From IMG/VR virus record IMGVR_UViG_3300027759_006101, positions 248,001 to 312,000 of that record: a stretch of 64,000 nt of DNA; one strand, written 5' to 3'. A program made the position numbers and the translations under genes. Below, piece by piece: positions 1 through 9,680 of this stretch. Under the pieces are notes generated by a model that was given only the letters and a program-made list of their open reading frames with translations, was not told the origin of the DNA and ran no database searches. The stretch's first letter is position 1; every line of letters begins with the position of its first letter.

Positions 1-256
1 TATCACTAGTCTCGTTTCCAACTTGTTCTATTCTTTGCGAGAATTGTTGCTTGCTTGTTTGCTTGACATATTTTGAAACTCCCGAGCCAGCAATTAAATT
101 CGTGGTGTTTGTCATAGTCCAATCTGTATATCCTCTGAATCTAAAAGGATTATTAAATGTAAATCCAGTTCCAGGGTACAAAACATTACTAGATGGGTCT
201 AAAATATTATCAAATGTTTCCCAATATGGAACATTGGGGCCGCCTTTTACTCCCAT
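1..256 (-). CDS. LamG/ConA-like family protein, N-terminal part (runs off left edge; not in ORF track)
   Basis: ATG at 256 overlaps the TAA of the upstream gene; manual translation MGVKGGPNVPYWETFDNILDPSSNVLYPGTG... is open to position 1 and matches the family N-terminus MG..xP....LD.S...YPG.G. Confidence 0.7.
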   Translation of the reverse strand, partial: MGVKGGPNVPYWETFDNILDPSSNVLYPGTGFTFNNPFRFRGYTDWTMTNTTNLIAGSGVSKYVKQTSKQQFSQRIEQVGNETSD

Positions 257-1521
257 TATGGTAATCCAAATCTATTTTTAATAGAATTATATTGTGTAGA
301 TATTTCTGTTGCCGTAAGCGCTCTGTTATATATTTGACAAAAACCAATATTGGCAGTAATTCCAGCATTGGAGCCGGAATCTGACTTTTCCATAAAAAAT
401 CTGAATCTGGAAGTAGAATCATAAGTCATATCCGATGTGTCTGTTAAATTAGCACTATTTTCAGCAGATGTTCCAACAGCAGCACCATTAAAATAAATCT
501 TAAATGCGCTTTCTACTCCTGCAATTGTTGTTGGAGGTGTGCCAGTATAAGTTATAGCGTAATGAAGCCAACGTCTATGATAAAGAGAATATCTTGTAAC
601 ACCACCGGGATTTGTTCCTTGTGAATATCCAAAATCAAGATTGTCAGACAGATTACCCTTACCAGCATTCCAATGAGTGATGCTTGATCCTGTTGCTGGA
701 AACCAAGAAGCGCTAAAATTGTATAGGTTATTTCTCCAACCATTATTTCCAATTATAATTGGGCCTGTCAAAACTGTACTGCCTGTAGAAGTTTGTAAAT
801 CTGCTTTTAACTGCGATATATAAGGAACGAATCTATAAGTAGTAGATTTTTGAAGAGGGAAAATTGTAGCTGATGATGTGAATTCAAAAATATTACTATT
901 TTGCCAAGTTAATATATATGTTTGCCCAAAACTTGATGTAGCACTTGTAGAAACAAAAGGTCCAGCTTGTCCACTAAAATATGTTTGTCCATAGTCTCCC
1001 CAAGATATAGCAGTTCCAGCATAGACCCTTCTGCCACCAAAAAATAAATCATTAGCAAGAACAAAAGTTAATTTAGTTGAAGATTCAGGATATAAAGCCC
1101 ATCCTTTATTATTGACAAATCCATTGACCATAAATCCAGATCTATATTCATTAGAATTATTCGCCCATTGCAAGACACAAATTACTGTAAACGGAGTGCT
1201 ATTATTCAATTCAAATGTAGAATCTTTAATTTCTCTTTCTGTTGTTTGTTGTGTATATGCTCCAGAAATAAATGATTTTGGAGGGTTTCTAATCAAAGGA
1301 GCAGTCCAAGCATCAGTTGCACCAGACAAATGAAATGACTGCATTAATTGATTGGGATTTATAGTGGATGAATATTTTTGCATACTAACACCTAATCCAC
1401 TTCCTAAATCAACGTATTGAAAAATTCTTTGAGAACTTGCATCAAATTCAAAGGTCAAGTTACTAGAAAAGTCTTGCCCTCTATTTTCACTTAATTTTCT
1501 TTGTCCAACTTTACTTCCCAT
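256..1521 (-). CDS. LamG/ConA-like lectin-fold virion protein, enlarged (421 aa)
   Basis: N-terminal LTFEFDAS, WLHYAITY, C-terminal QIYNRALTATEISTQYNSIKNRFGL as in the other paralogues; about 200 aa longer than them. Confidence 0.75.
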   Translation of the reverse strand: MGSKVGQRKLSENRGQDFSSNLTFEFDASSQRIFQYVDLGSGLGVSMQKYSSTINPNQLMQSFHLSGATDAWTAPLIRNPPKSFISGAYTQQTTEREIKDSTFELNNSTPFTVICVLQWANNSNEYRSGFMVNGFVNNKGWALYPESSTKLTFVLANDLFFGGRRVYAGTAISWGDYGQTYFSGQAGPFVSTSATSSFGQTYILTWQNSNIFEFTSSATIFPLQKSTTYRFVPYISQLKADLQTSTGSTVLTGPIIIGNNGWRNNLYNFSASWFPATGSSITHWNAGKGNLSDNLDFGYSQGTNPGGVTRYSLYHRRWLHYAITYTGTPPTTIAGVESAFKIYFNGAAVGTSAENSANLTDTSDMTYDSTSRFRFFMEKSDSGSNAGITANIGFCQIYNRALTATEISTQYNSIKNRFGLP

Positions 1522-2210
1522 TATGTTAGCCCAAACCTACTTTTTAAGGCATTATAATTTTTAGCGTGTTCAGCAGCAGAAAGTTGTCTATTGTATAAGA
1601 GGCACATAGCAATTCTCCCTTGAAAATCTCTTACTGCCCCACTATACCCTTCTGTCCCTAAAAAATATGTAAATGATGCCGGAAATGTTGTTTGATTAGT
1701 TCTATAAGCACCTAATATATTCCACCCATTTACTAAAGATGCACCATCAGCTACTGCTGAACCATTAACATAATAAGTAGTACCAGGATTTCCCCAGTCA
1801 TCACCATTAAGACCTGCTGACGCTCTAACAGTCCAAGGACCAGTGCCATTTGCATTATTAAATCTCATACTTTTATCTGTATTTGTAGTGTCATTTGAAG
1901 CTGCTATCAGACCTACCAATGCTGCATTACTGTTCAGTGCAAAATCAGGGTAAAATACAATAGTACAATCTAAATATTGTTGAGACAAAGTTGATGAAAT
2001 AAACTTTGTTGATGCAGCTGTGGCAAAATTCCAATAACTAGAAGAACCAGCGCCAACAAAAGGGACTGTGCCATTAATTGTTCCATTTGCTCCTTTGTCA
2101 GTGAGATCAAATATTGCTGTGCCAGAACCAGGATAAGATCTCGGATTAGAAGCATCAATAGCCATTATTAATCCATTGGTGACAACTTGCGGATTATGAT
2201 AATGTCCCAT
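1521..2210 (-). CDS. LamG/ConA-like lectin-fold virion protein
   Basis: NGLIMAIDASNPRSYPGSG ... YNRQLSAAEHAKNYNALKSRFGL. Confidence 0.8.
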   Translation of the reverse strand: MGHYHNPQVVTNGLIMAIDASNPRSYPGSGTAIFDLTDKGANGTINGTVPFVGAGSSSYWNFATAASTKFISSTLSQQYLDCTIVFYPDFALNSNAALVGLIAASNDTTNTDKSMRFNNANGTGPWTVRASAGLNGDDWGNPGTTYYVNGSAVADGASLVNGWNILGAYRTNQTTFPASFTYFLGTEGYSGAVRDFQGRIAMCLLYNRQLSAAEHAKNYNALKSRFGLT

Positions 2211-2211
2211 A

Positions 2212-3336
2212 CTAGTACTCCACAGTTAGTTTAGGTATATCTTTTCTTTCAGCCCATATAGAATAAAAACAATTTATTTTTTTAAATAAAGATGTTCCTA
2301 TGTATACTTTGTTATCTTCACATTTTAAGAAATAATGTGAATTATTTTTTCCAATAGGTGTTAAGTGAACAGTTATTGTATTGTAATCAACTAATCCCAG
2401 CCAATAATCTGGTAAATAAATAATATTAGAAGTAGATATGCCTCTGATATAAACTCCATTTTCAGGACCTTCTAAAGATCCATATCGAAGTTTCATACCA
2501 GGCTTTGTTGGGTGATTAATTACAAAAGATTTATTTGTTGCAGAAATTTCACCATTAACTTCAAGCTGAAATTGGGGATTTGATACTCCTATTCCAACTC
2601 TGACTGTTGTGGTGGTAGGAGCAGAAATAACAAAAATTGTGTTTCCAATCGCTGCTCCGCCAAATACTGAAATAGTTTGACCTTGTCCAGCAGAAGTGTA
2701 CTCAAATCCATAAGAATCTGTGACGGCACTTCCTGCAGTTGCGTAATAAGCCATCCTATTAGCAACACCAGTAGCAACACCACCACCGGATGCTGCAAGA
2801 GGCACCCAACTCATCACACCTGCTGCAGTAGAAGATAAAACTGATGATCCAATTGCTGGAGATGTAGCAGGTAATACGTAGACAGTATTTCCTGTCGCTG
2901 AACTTCTTAATCCACTAAAGTTTGCACCGTTGAATAGTAAAAGAGTTTGCCCAATTGATGCATTTGAAGATATTGCTATGCCACCATTTAGTCTAGCAGC
3001 ACCAGTAATAAGTGAAGTTGTGTTTGTAGAATCTCCAACAAGTAATACGCCAGAAAGGTTTGCATTTGTAGCAAATGTATTCCATCTTAATACCGCTGAA
3101 CCTAAGTCATAGCCAGAGGTTCCAGGGGTGAAAGCAGATGTTCCAGAGTTATCATTGAAAGTGGCAATAACAAATGTGCCAATACCACTCGAAGCAGGAG
3201 AAAAACCCGAAGAATATCCTATGATATCAATTTTATTTTGAGAATCACCACGTATAGAAATTGATTGAGGAGATCCAGCGCTGTCATTCCAATAAATCTC
3301 TCCACTGGTTGGATTAATAATGACATCAGCAGGCAT
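2212..3336 (-). CDS. tail-fibre-like protein with C-terminal KSF-x-I-x-HP/LEGPE domain
   Basis: S/T/G-rich body, VGIGxxNP motif, YVLPATSP module shared with 13782-16928, C-terminal KSFVINHP..LEGPENGVYIRG..LPDYW..ERKD. Confidence 0.75.
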   Translation of the reverse strand: MPADVIINPTSGEIYWNDSAGSPQSISIRGDSQNKIDIIGYSSGFSPASSGIGTFVIATFNDNSGTSAFTPGTSGYDLGSAVLRWNTFATNANLSGVLLVGDSTNTTSLITGAARLNGGIAISSNASIGQTLLLFNGANFSGLRSSATGNTVYVLPATSPAIGSSVLSSTAAGVMSWVPLAASGGGVATGVANRMAYYATAGSAVTDSYGFEYTSAGQGQTISVFGGAAIGNTIFVISAPTTTTVRVGIGVSNPQFQLEVNGEISATNKSFVINHPTKPGMKLRYGSLEGPENGVYIRGISTSNIIYLPDYWLGLVDYNTITVHLTPIGKNNSHYFLKCEDNKVYIGTSLFKKINCFYSIWAERKDIPKLTVEY

Positions 3337-3344
3337 TTTTTATG

Positions 3345-3599
3345 CTATTCCTTTACAATAACAGCATTGAGTGAAACTAATAATAACTCTAAAATTGCAA
3401 TTCTTGTATCTTTTCCACTGTTACCTATATTTGCAAAATCATCACCATTGATTTGATAATTTTTTCTTTCAAGAGGCTGCATATCATAATCATAAAGACA
3501 GTACATAAATCTTATGCCTGTCTCTATATTAATATTCCCTTCTTCGATTGTAAGCCAAGCAACATTTAAGTTTCCTGCTTGGAGAATCCTGAATTTCAT
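3345..3599 (-). CDS. small hypothetical protein between fibre genes (possible fibre partner)
   Basis: 84-aa co-oriented ORF with GGATAA upstream of ATG. Confidence 0.65.
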   Translation of the reverse strand: MKFRILQAGNLNVAWLTIEEGNINIETGIRFMYCLYDYDMQPLERKNYQINGDDFANIGNSGKDTRIAILELLLVSLNAVIVKE

Positions 3600-3610
3600 T
3601 GATTATCCTG

Positions 3611-3644
3611 TTTCAGAAGGCAGATTTTACTCTGCCTTCTGAAA
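3611..3644. terminator. perfect 14-bp hairpin (terminator or mRNA processing/stability element)
   Basis: tttcagaaggcaga-ttttac-tctgccttctgaaa between two minus-strand genes; no clear U-tract on the transcribed strand. Confidence 0.55.
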
Positions 3645-3650
3645 TTTAGT

Positions 3651-6600
3651 TTATATCTTTTGCTCAATTTCAAGCGGAGCGTCTTTTCTTGAACCTATTA
3701 CAGTAAAGTCAACTTTGATATGCTTAAGTTTTCTATTCAAGAAATTAGTATTTGCAGCTATTATAAAGGAATTCTTTGATTTCTCTACAATATGTACTCC
3801 ATAGTTTCCGTATGGTGTCAAACTGATTGTAAAGTCATCGTGTACTAATTCAGACCAATATTCAGGTAATTCTATAACAAGATTGCCTCTACCCTCAACG
3901 GTTCCTCTATGATAAACTCCGTGTTCTGGGCCTTCAAGAACACCGTATACAAGTCTGTAACCTTCCTTGGTTGGGTGTTCAATGTCAAAGCTTTTAGTTG
4001 TTGCTCTAAGGTTACCATTTGCATCAACAGAGAATTTTGATGTTGCAGTAGAAGTAATACCTCTAATAAAGAAGTCACTTGTAGAAGAATCATCTCCAGA
4101 GACTGTTTGCAATGTAAGGTATGAATTATTTGTCAAAGCAGCTGAAGCAGAAATCGTAAGACCAGCTCCGCTTCCAAATATGCTACTTACTGTAAGTACG
4201 TCTGTAGATGGTACGTATGAAAGAGCAGCATCAGTAGATACTGCTAATCCTGCACCAGATGTACCTGTTGTCATCAACAAGAAATGAGCACCAGAAGCTG
4301 CTGCAGCATTGACATTAACACTTGTTGAAGTAGTTGCAAATCCTGTTAGATTACCACTAATTGCTCCAGAGAATGAACCTGCAGTTAATACATTAGTAGA
4401 AGGATTATATGTCAAACTAGTATCAGTAGAATGACCCAATCCCGAACCTGATGATGCGTTTACAAATGTGAGAAAGTGAGTTTGGTTAGCATCAGTAACT
4501 GTTACATTTGTACTTGTAGCAGTTGTAGCAAATCCAGTTACATTTCCAGTTACATTACCAGTTACATTACCAGACAATGATGCTGTTACGGTTGTTGCTG
4601 ATATGTTAGTTGAGCTTAATGTATCTGTTGACGGGTTGTAAGTCAATTGAGTGTCAGCTGATACTGCTAAACCTGCTCCGCTGGTACCAGTAGTAAATGT
4701 AACAAAGTGTGCAGCATTAGTTCCCGCAGCATTGACATTTACGCTCAGAGCAGTAGATGCAAAACCAGTTACAGTACCACTAATTGCTCCAGAGAATGTT
4801 CCAGCAGTCAACACATTTGTTGAAGGATTATATGTCAGGTTTGTATCAGCAGATTGACCTAAACCAGCACCTGAAGAAGCATTTACAAATGTGATAAAGT
4901 GAGTTTGGTTAGCATCAGTTACTGTTACATTTGTACTTGTCGCAGTTGTAGCAAATCCTGTCACGTTTCCAGTCACGTTTCCAGTTACGTTTCCAGATAA
5001 AGAGGCAGTAACTGTAGTTGCTGAAATGTTTGTTGAACTTAAAGTATCTGTTGATGGATTGTAAGTCAATTGAGTATCAGCAGATACTGCTAAACCAGCG
5101 CCAGAAGAAGCTGTTACAAAGGTAATGAAGTGTGTGGCATTCAAAGCACCTAAAGCAACATTTGTGCTTGTCGAAGTTGTAGCAAATCCTGTAACATTTC
5201 CTGTTACGTTACCAGTTACATTACCAGATAACGATGCTGTAACTGTAGTAGCAGAAATATTTGTTGAACTCAAGGTATCTGTTGATGGATTGTAAGTCAA
5301 TTGAGTATCAGCAGATACTGCTAAACCTGCACCACTTGAACCTGTGCTGAATGTTACAAAATGTGTAGCATTAGCTGCACCAAGAGCTATATTCACACTA
5401 GTAGCAGTTGTAGCAAAACCAGTTACATTGCCTGTTACATTGCCAGTTAGTGGGCCTGAAAAGAGACCTGCTGTCAAAGTATTGGATGATGGGTTATATG
5501 TTAAGCTGGTATCAGCAGATTGACCTAACCCTGAACCGGATGAAGCATTTACAAATGTGACAAAGTGAGTTTGGTTAGCATCAGTTACTGTTACGTTCGT
5601 ACTATTAGCAGTTTGAGCAAATCCTGTAACATTACCAGTTACATTTCCAACAAGAGTACCAAAGAAATTGGTATAGGTTGCAGCGGTTCCTGCAGCGTTA
5701 CCAGCTAATGTCGCCTCAATAGCAAAGAATACTGCGGTTCCTGCAGTGCCTGAATATATATTTGAACCAGCAGTTGTTGTTGCGTTTGGAATGAATCTGA
5801 ACTTACCATCAGTGTCATTGAATCCAAAGAAACCAGTAGTAGCTGTACCAGCATTAGACCATCTAAACTCAATACCTCTATCTTGGTTATTGTCTAAAGT
5901 TGAGTGAGTTCCACCAACTCCAGAACCAATAACAATAACAGGGTCTACTATTGTTGAAACTGTTGAGTCAACTGTAACTGTCGTACCTTGAACTGTTAAG
6001 TTACCTGTAATAACTAAGTTGTCATTTACATTTGTTTGGCCACCTACAGAGTCCAGAGTTAAGTTTCCTGACGTTGTGTTGATTGTATTTGAAGAACTAC
6101 CGACAATTACACCATTTGCAGTTAATTGTCCAGTGCCTATAGACATTGCATTAGTTGATGGGTTTAGTGTAATTGAGACATCAGTTGATAACGCAGCGCC
6201 AGCACCTGCAGTCGAACTTTGCAAAGCAGAAAACACAAGATAATGTGTTGAATTTTCTGCAGCTGACTGCAATCCTACATTGTTTGCAGTTGAAGCAACG
6301 CCACTAATAGTACCACTAAATGCACCGCTGAAGTTTGTAGCGGAAAGTGTGTCTGTGTTTGGATTGTAGAACAGAGTTGAGTCTGTAGATACTGCAACAC
6401 CAGAGCCAGTTTGTGTTGGTGAGAATAAAACAAAATGACTTGCGGCAGCTGCTCCAGCTGCTACATTGATGCTAGTAGCAGTTGTAGCAAAACCTGTTAC
6501 ATTTCCTGTTACATTTCCTGTAAGAGGGCCAGAGAAAGAACCAGCTGTCAATACATTTGTTGATGGATTATAGGTAAAATCTGTGTCAGTAGATTGTCCT

Positions 6601-8192
6601 AATCCTGATGCTGCAGAAGCATTTACAAATGTAATAAAGTGAGTTTGGTTAGCATTTGTAGCTGAAACGCTTGTACTAGTAGCAGTTGTAGCAAAACCTG
6701 TGACATTTCCTGTTACATTGCCTGTTACATTGCCACTTAATGAAGCTGTTACAGTTGTTGCTGAAATGTTTGTTGAACTTAAAGTATCTGTTGAAGGATT
6801 ATAAGTCAATTGAGTGTCAGCTGATACTGCTAAACCAGCACCAGAAGAAGCTGTTACAAAGGTAATGAAATGTGAAGCATTCAAAGCACCTAAAGCAACG
6901 TTTGTACTGGCAGCAGTTGTAGCAAAACCAGTTACATTACCTGTTACGTTGCCAGACAATGATGCTGTAACTGTTGTTGCTGAGATATTTGTTGAGCTTA
7001 ATGTATCTGTCGATGGGTTGTAAGTCAACTGAGTATCAGCAGATACTGCTAATCCAGAGCCTGAAGTACCTGTTGTGAATGTTACAAAATGTGAAGCATT
7101 TGCAGCACCCGCTGCAACATTTACACTAGTAGCAGTTGTAGCAAAACCAGTGACATTTCCTGTTACGTTACCTACCAGCGAACCAGAGAATGAGCCAGCA
7201 GTTAAGGCATTTGAGTTGGGATTATATGTTAAGTTTGAGTCTGTTGATTGCCCAAGACCTGCGCCAGAAACTGCATTTACAAAAATAATATAATGAGGGT
7301 TGTCAGCATTAGTTGTTGTTACACTTGTACTTGTAGCAGTTGTTGCAAAACCTGTCAAGTTTCCTGTAAATGCAGAAGAAACAGCACCTACTGTTAAGGT
7401 ATTTGTCGAAGGATTGTAAGTAAGGTTTGAGTCTGTTGATGCACCTAAACCTGATCCATTAGTAGCATTTGCGAACAATGGGTAATGAGTAGCATTAGCA
7501 TCAGTAACTGATACAAAAATACTTGCAGCAGTTGTTGCGATGGCAGCAATTGTTGGAATGTCATCCGTATAAGCAATTGTTTTTGCTGTTCCACTACCAA
7601 GGCCAAATCTTAATCTTAATCCTGTAGAATCATAGTACAACGCACCATTATCATTGGTAGCACCAGTACCAACGTTGAAATACATATAATCTGTATCCAT
7701 TCTACCAAGAGTAGGATAAATCCAAATTTTTGCAGTTACACCAGTACCACCGCCATAATTAGGGAAAGGTTTGTATAAAGTTGCTCCATCGTATCCACCA
7801 AATGCTAAAACTGGCTGAGTACCTGTTGTTGCATAATTGTAGATGGTGGATCTTACATTAGTATCTACACCTGTGGAGTCTGGTGTAGTTGGAGCATTCC
7901 AATAAAAGTTTATTTGAGAGACAGAAGTAGCTGCAGCGCCACCGTAACCTGGAATGATTACAATGTCTTTATTACCACCAGCGCCAGGACCACCTCCTGA
8001 CCCAGATGGTTGACCTAAGGCTCTAAAATCTGCAGATTGAACTTTTACAACTTCAGGTTCTTGAACTTTTACAACTTCAGGTTCTTGAACTTTAACAACT
8101 TCAGGTTGTTCTGATATGTCAACTGCTCTATTAGATTTTTTTAAGGATTGTAAGACTTTTTCTGCAAAGTCTTGAGGATTTTGATCTCCCAT
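3651..8192 (-). CDS. long repetitive tail-fibre-like protein (1513 aa) with C-terminal KSF/HP/LEGPE domain
   Basis: 14 copies of a ~65-75-aa GNVTGFATTA...HFxTF...DxxLTYNPST repeat; central DRGIEF...GFFGF module; C-terminal KSFDIEHP..LEGPEHGVYHRG. Confidence 0.8.
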   Translation of the reverse strand: MGDQNPQDFAEKVLQSLKKSNRAVDISEQPEVVKVQEPEVVKVQEPEVVKVQSADFRALGQPSGSGGGPGAGGNKDIVIIPGYGGAAATSVSQINFYWNAPTTPDSTGVDTNVRSTIYNYATTGTQPVLAFGGYDGATLYKPFPNYGGGTGVTAKIWIYPTLGRMDTDYMYFNVGTGATNDNGALYYDSTGLRLRFGLGSGTAKTIAYTDDIPTIAAIATTAASIFVSVTDANATHYPLFANATNGSGLGASTDSNLTYNPSTNTLTVGAVSSAFTGNLTGFATTATSTSVTTTNADNPHYIIFVNAVSGAGLGQSTDSNLTYNPNSNALTAGSFSGSLVGNVTGNVTGFATTATSVNVAAGAANASHFVTFTTGTSGSGLAVSADTQLTYNPSTDTLSSTNISATTVTASLSGNVTGNVTGFATTAASTNVALGALNASHFITFVTASSGAGLAVSADTQLTYNPSTDTLSSTNISATTVTASLSGNVTGNVTGNVTGFATTATSTSVSATNANQTHFITFVNASAASGLGQSTDTDFTYNPSTNVLTAGSFSGPLTGNVTGNVTGFATTATSINVAAGAAAASHFVLFSPTQTGSGVAVSTDSTLFYNPNTDTLSATNFSGAFSGTISGVASTANNVGLQSAAENSTHYLVFSALQSSTAGAGAALSTDVSITLNPSTNAMSIGTGQLTANGVIVGSSSNTINTTSGNLTLDSVGGQTNVNDNLVITGNLTVQGTTVTVDSTVSTIVDPVIVIGSGVGGTHSTLDNNQDRGIEFRWSNAGTATTGFFGFNDTDGKFRFIPNATTTAGSNIYSGTAGTAVFFAIEATLAGNAAGTAATYTNFFGTLVGNVTGNVTGFAQTANSTNVTVTDANQTHFVTFVNASSGSGLGQSADTSLTYNPSSNTLTAGLFSGPLTGNVTGNVTGFATTATSVNIALGAANATHFVTFSTGSSGAGLAVSADTQLTYNPSTDTLSSTNISATTVTASLSGNVTGNVTGNVTGFATTSTSTNVALGALNATHFITFVTASSGAGLAVSADTQLTYNPSTDTLSSTNISATTVTASLSGNVTGNVTGNVTGFATTATSTNVTVTDANQTHFITFVNASSGAGLGQSADTNLTYNPSTNVLTAGTFSGAISGTVTGFASTALSVNVNAAGTNAAHFVTFTTGTSGAGLAVSADTQLTYNPSTDTLSSTNISATTVTASLSGNVTGNVTGNVTGFATTATSTNVTVTDANQTHFLTFVNASSGSGLGHSTDTSLTYNPSTNVLTAGSFSGAISGNLTGFATTSTSVNVNAAAASGAHFLLMTTGTSGAGLAVSTDAALSYVPSTDVLTVSSIFGSGAGLTISASAALTNNSYLTLQTVSGDDSSTSDFFIRGITSTATSKFSVDANGNLRATTKSFDIEHPTKEGYRLVYGVLEGPEHGVYHRGTVEGRGNLVIELPEYWSELVHDDFTISLTPYGNYGVHIVEKSKNSFIIAANTNFLNRKLKHIKVDFTVIGSRKDAPLEIEQKI
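8037..8107. repeat. 24-bp tandem repeat x3 (encodes PEVVKVQE)
   Basis: ttgaacttttacaacttcaggttc twice exactly and a third time with minor changes. Confidence 0.95.
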
Positions 8193-8207
8193 GTTTTCTA
8201 CTCCATA

Positions 8208-8951
8208 TTATTTAGGTTGCTCTACAATTAATTTGATATCCGTTCTCTCTCCGACTACAAAATAATCGAATTCAATATATTGTTTACGTAATAGGTTCCT
8301 TCTTACCCTTTGAACTTTGAATTCAGAATTGTCACTTTTAGAAACAAATAAAGAATCATTTACTCGGGAAGTTATATGAACAGTGATTTCATTTTCAGAT
8401 AATGCTTTAAAATAGTTAGGTAATGCAACAGAAACACTCTCATATCCTGATGCTCTTCCTCTTTGATATATTCCGTGTTCTGGTCCCTCTAAAGATCCGT
8501 GTTCCAGATACTTATTTGGGTCTAAGGGATGTTGGATTTTAAAGCTTTTTGTTTGAGCCTTTATACTTCCGCCAACAATAATAGTAGTTCCAAACTGCTG
8601 CATTACTGAATCTGTGAGTTGTGTTCCCCCGGCATCAAATAATGGAATATATGCTGATGTGCCCGAGCCTGTAATTGATCCTGCAGGTGTAGATGTAAGA
8701 GTAATATCGTTGGCGCCAAAGGAAAATGAAATTCCTGAGCCAGCAATGAGTGTTCTATATACTAAACCTGAAGCGCCACTATTTGAACTTAATAAAGCGT
8801 TTCCAGCAGATATACTTGTTAGGCCTGTACCGCCTGCTGTAATTGCTGTAACATTTTGTGTACGCCAAGCAGTGCCATCATAGCGCCAGGTTTTACCGCT
8901 TTCTGTGTAAACCTGATTAGTGCTTGGACCTGAGGGGAAATTTATCGCCAT
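8208..8951 (-). CDS. short fibre-like protein with C-terminal KSF/HP/LEGPE domain
   Basis: N-terminus NFPSGPSTNQVY..GKTWRYDGTAW shared with 16931-25099; KSFKIQHPLDPNKYLEHGSLEGPEHGIYQRG. Confidence 0.75.
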   Translation of the reverse strand: MAINFPSGPSTNQVYTESGKTWRYDGTAWRTQNVTAITAGGTGLTSISAGNALLSSNSGASGLVYRTLIAGSGISFSFGANDITLTSTPAGSITGSGTSAYIPLFDAGGTQLTDSVMQQFGTTIIVGGSIKAQTKSFKIQHPLDPNKYLEHGSLEGPEHGIYQRGRASGYESVSVALPNYFKALSENEITVHITSRVNDSLFVSKSDNSEFKVQRVRRNLLRKQYIEFDYFVVGERTDIKLIVEQPK

Positions 8952-8985
8952 TTAATTATTTTTGAAAGGAGAATGCTTTTTATTT

Positions 8986-9016
8986 TATTCTGCATCTTTG
9001 TTATAAAATATTTCTT
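8986..9016 (-). promoter_or_regulatory. putative promoter AAGAAATA-N15-GCAGAATA
   Basis: same two boxes with identical spacing at 25133-25163. Confidence 0.5.
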
Positions 9017-9680
9017 ATATTCCATATCTAAATCTTGTAGCATTGAAATTTTGCAATATTTCTTGTTGTGTGAGGGCTCTGTTGTAAATAAGAGCCCCAG
9101 CAATTCTTCCTGTAAAATTATTACCATTGTCATATGAACCAATATTTATGTCTTGGCTTCCGGTAAAAGCTGTGGTATTAGCACTTGTTCCATCTTGAGT
9201 ACCATTTAGATATAGTTTCCAGCCTGATGTGCTGCTGTATGTAACTGCGCAAAAATACCATCTATTCAGTGATAGTGTTGTTGAACCAACTACTGTATTC
9301 CAAACATTATTATGCCCAGCATTTAATTTATTAGATGCAAAAAGCCAAAATGCGTGTTGTGCAGTATTTCCACCACTTATAATATTGTTTGAAGTTGAAA
9401 AATTTGTTACATAAATATATGCTATCTTTGTGTATTCTGTTTTTGAAAGAGTGTTAGCACTAGAATTTACAATGACATAATCATTTGAGCCATCAAAGGA
9501 AATATATGATGAGCTACCAGAACCAACATATGAAGCTCCATTTGTTAGGGTACTAGTGTTTGAACTTCTACTTAAGTCATACCAAGTATTTCCTGATCCA
9601 GAATAACTTCTTAGATTTACTGCATCAAGATATAGCACTAATCCATCTGATACAATGCTTGGGTTATATCCTACTGCCAT
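9015..9680 (-). CDS. LamG/ConA-like protein (array member 7)
   Basis: DGLVLYLDAVNLRSYSGSG, SFDGSNDY, WYFCAVTY, IYNRALTQQEILQNFNA. Confidence 0.85.
   Translation of the reverse strand: MAVGYNPSIVSDGLVLYLDAVNLRSYSGSGNTWYDLSRSSNTSTLTNGASYVGSGSSSYISFDGSNDYVIVNSSANTLSKTEYTKIAYIYVTNFSTSNNIISGGNTAQHAFWLFASNKLNAGHNNVWNTVVGSTTLSLNRWYFCAVTYSSTSGWKLYLNGTQDGTSANTTAFTGSQDINIGSYDNGNNFTGRIAGALIYNRALTQQEILQNFNATRFRYGI

Noticed and set aside
4150-7545. Dense N-x-[ST] sequons as evidence of fibre glycosylation
   Set aside because: Explained by the GNVT structural repeat and Thr/Ser/Asn-rich composition; no glycosyltransferase in the window
8037-8107. CRISPR-like repeats
   Set aside because: Units are contiguous with no spacers and in frame within a CDS; the same holds for the other repeats
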